From assembly GCA_030390025.1 (NCBI GenBank), contig CM059432.1, positions 131,380,001 through 131,444,000 of the forward strand: a stretch of DNA of 64,000 nucleotides. The letters are read 5' to 3'. This DNA comes from Squalus acanthias (Eukaryota). Shown piece by piece: positions 62,580 through 64,000 of this stretch. Below the pieces are notes generated by a model, which was not told the DNA's origin, ran no database searches, and saw nothing but the letters and a program-made list of their open reading frames with translations. The translations under genes were made by a program, and so were the position numbers. Positions within the stretch are counted from its first letter, which is position 1, and each line of letters starts with the position of its first letter.

Positions 62580-63935
62580 GGCCTAGAAATTCGTTTGCCC
62601 CCGAAAACGGGCACTGGGATCGCGATGCGCTAGCAAACCACGCCTGTTCGGAGGACTGCAGGCAGCACGTGAACTTCGTGCTGCCTGCTTATTTCCATGA
62701 TTGTGTCATTCAGCCCAGCGCTGAACGCAATGCTGAGTGGCTGAACGCTCAGCAGGGGGCCCAAGTTCGTGTGAGGCTAGCACCAATTAAAGCTAGCCTG
62801 CACTATTTAAAGGCGGTCTGCACCTCTTAAAGGAGAGGTGCATTCTGCCTGTTGCAGATCATTGAACTGGCTGAGGACGACTGTGGAAAGGAATTATTAA
62901 TGATGGCACAACAGGGAAGAGAGAGTGCACCAAGGTTCTTCGATGCAGCACTGCAGGCCTTGGTGCAGGAGGTCAATAGGAGGAGAGAGGTGCTCTTTCC
63001 ACAGGTGGCCAGGAGGCCCACCAGGCAACACAACAAAGTACAGTGGGAGCAGATAGCCACTGTGGTGAATGCCAGCAATCTAGCCCCGAGGACCTGCACA
63101 CAGTGCAGGAAGAAATTTAATGACTTCACAGAGTGGTCAAGGTCAGTGAATTCATCTTCAAATGCTATATCCCACAAACTGCAACACTAGCTTCACACAC
63201 TGCTCAATTCACCACACCCCAATCACTCACCTACCAACAATCTCGATCAATCACGCCTCATAACTTACATTCGCATGTTCCATTTCACCCTCACACACTT
63301 ACCACTGCTGCAAGTCTCACACCCACATCTCACAGCTTACACACACTGTCAGCTATTCAACCATGACAGGCACATCACCCAAAAACATTGCACCACACTC
63401 ACTGACATACTTCCCTTTCTCTTGCAGGAAAAGATGACCAGCATCAGCGGAACCTAACTGGCGTGAGACAGGCTCGCCTGCATCACCTTACCCCCTTACC
63501 CCCATGGAGGAGACGGTGCTGGCCATTCTTGGGAGGAGCATGGCTGAGCCTGTGGCCAGCGGCGGGGCTGAAAGAGTATATGTTGCCGGTATCCTCATAC
63601 GTTATCCTCTTTCTCGCATCCCACTTCGCTCTCATCCCACAATCTTTTCTGATTTACAAGCTGCACATGGTCTAAGCATGCACCACTTGCTTCCCCCGCT
63701 CCCCACACCACGACCCTACCCTTGTGCCTTTCTCATTTCAGAGTCCCAAGAAATCCAACCTGCCCAGCCAGTGCTTGAAGAAGAGGTAGAGGAGAGTGAT
63801 GAAGAAGAAGAAACACCGTCACTTGATCTGGCAGTCACAGCCAGCAGCTCAGATCCTGACACTGCGCATAGTTTAGAGGGTAGCTTAGAGGTGGGATCTG
63901 CACGTGGTGAGTCACCGGGTACGAGTGGGTTGCAG
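62580..63935 (+). mobile_element. Truncated Harbinger element carrying a Myb/SANT gene
   Basis: Left TIR GGCCTAGAAATTC; Myb/SANT ORF inside; no right TIR found in the window. Confidence 0.7.
62903..63935 (+). pseudogene. Harbinger Myb/SANT-like DNA-binding protein remnant, intron-containing (exons about 62903-63141, 63428-63588, 63742-63935)
   Basis: RESAPRFFDAALQALVQEVNRRREVLFP...WEQIATVVNASNLAPRTCTQCRKKFND; AAG|gtcagt donor; cttgcag| and tttcag| acceptors; apparent frameshifts. Confidence 0.75.
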
Positions 63936-64000
63936 TCAATCAAAATAAATCCGGAAAATTACTTCAAACGAAATTGAGTAGGACAATTGGACATAGATTC

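Noticed and set aside
62852..63190. Host NAIF1/MSANTD gene
   Set aside because: It lies behind a TIR and is apparently frameshifted and truncated, so it was treated as transposon cargo.
53260..64000. Start of the next syntenic gene (DSP in human)
   Set aside because: No recognisable exon or non-transposon CpG island was found. The region is repeats and intergenic DNA.

Overview
Eukaryotic genomic DNA, most likely from a cartilaginous fish (inferred from its DeuSINE, CR1, L2 and Penelope repeats), so most entries in the ORF track are spurious or transposon-derived. The main gene is a complete 17-exon RIOK1 (RIO kinase 1) on the + strand: CDS 15414..47808, 1689 nt, 562 aa, with GT-AG introns and consistent phases throughout. 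Head-to-head with it, two phase-compatible minus-strand exons (6144..5962, 3214..3079) and a CRE-rich CpG promoter at about 13.6 kb suggest a CAGE1-like gene that continues off the left edge. The rest is dense in transposons. These include CR1 and L2 LINE fragments, a near full-length RTE LINE with a 58-bp target-site duplication (TSD), Penelope-like elements whose tails carry minimal hammerhead-ribozyme motifs and form inverted repeats, and DeuSINEs. There is also a decayed Harbinger transposase, a Myb/SANT Harbinger partner gene, about 10 Harbinger-type MITEs, and a 19-bp minisatellite in RIOK1 intron 1. All homology calls are by recognition of motifs; no database searches were run.
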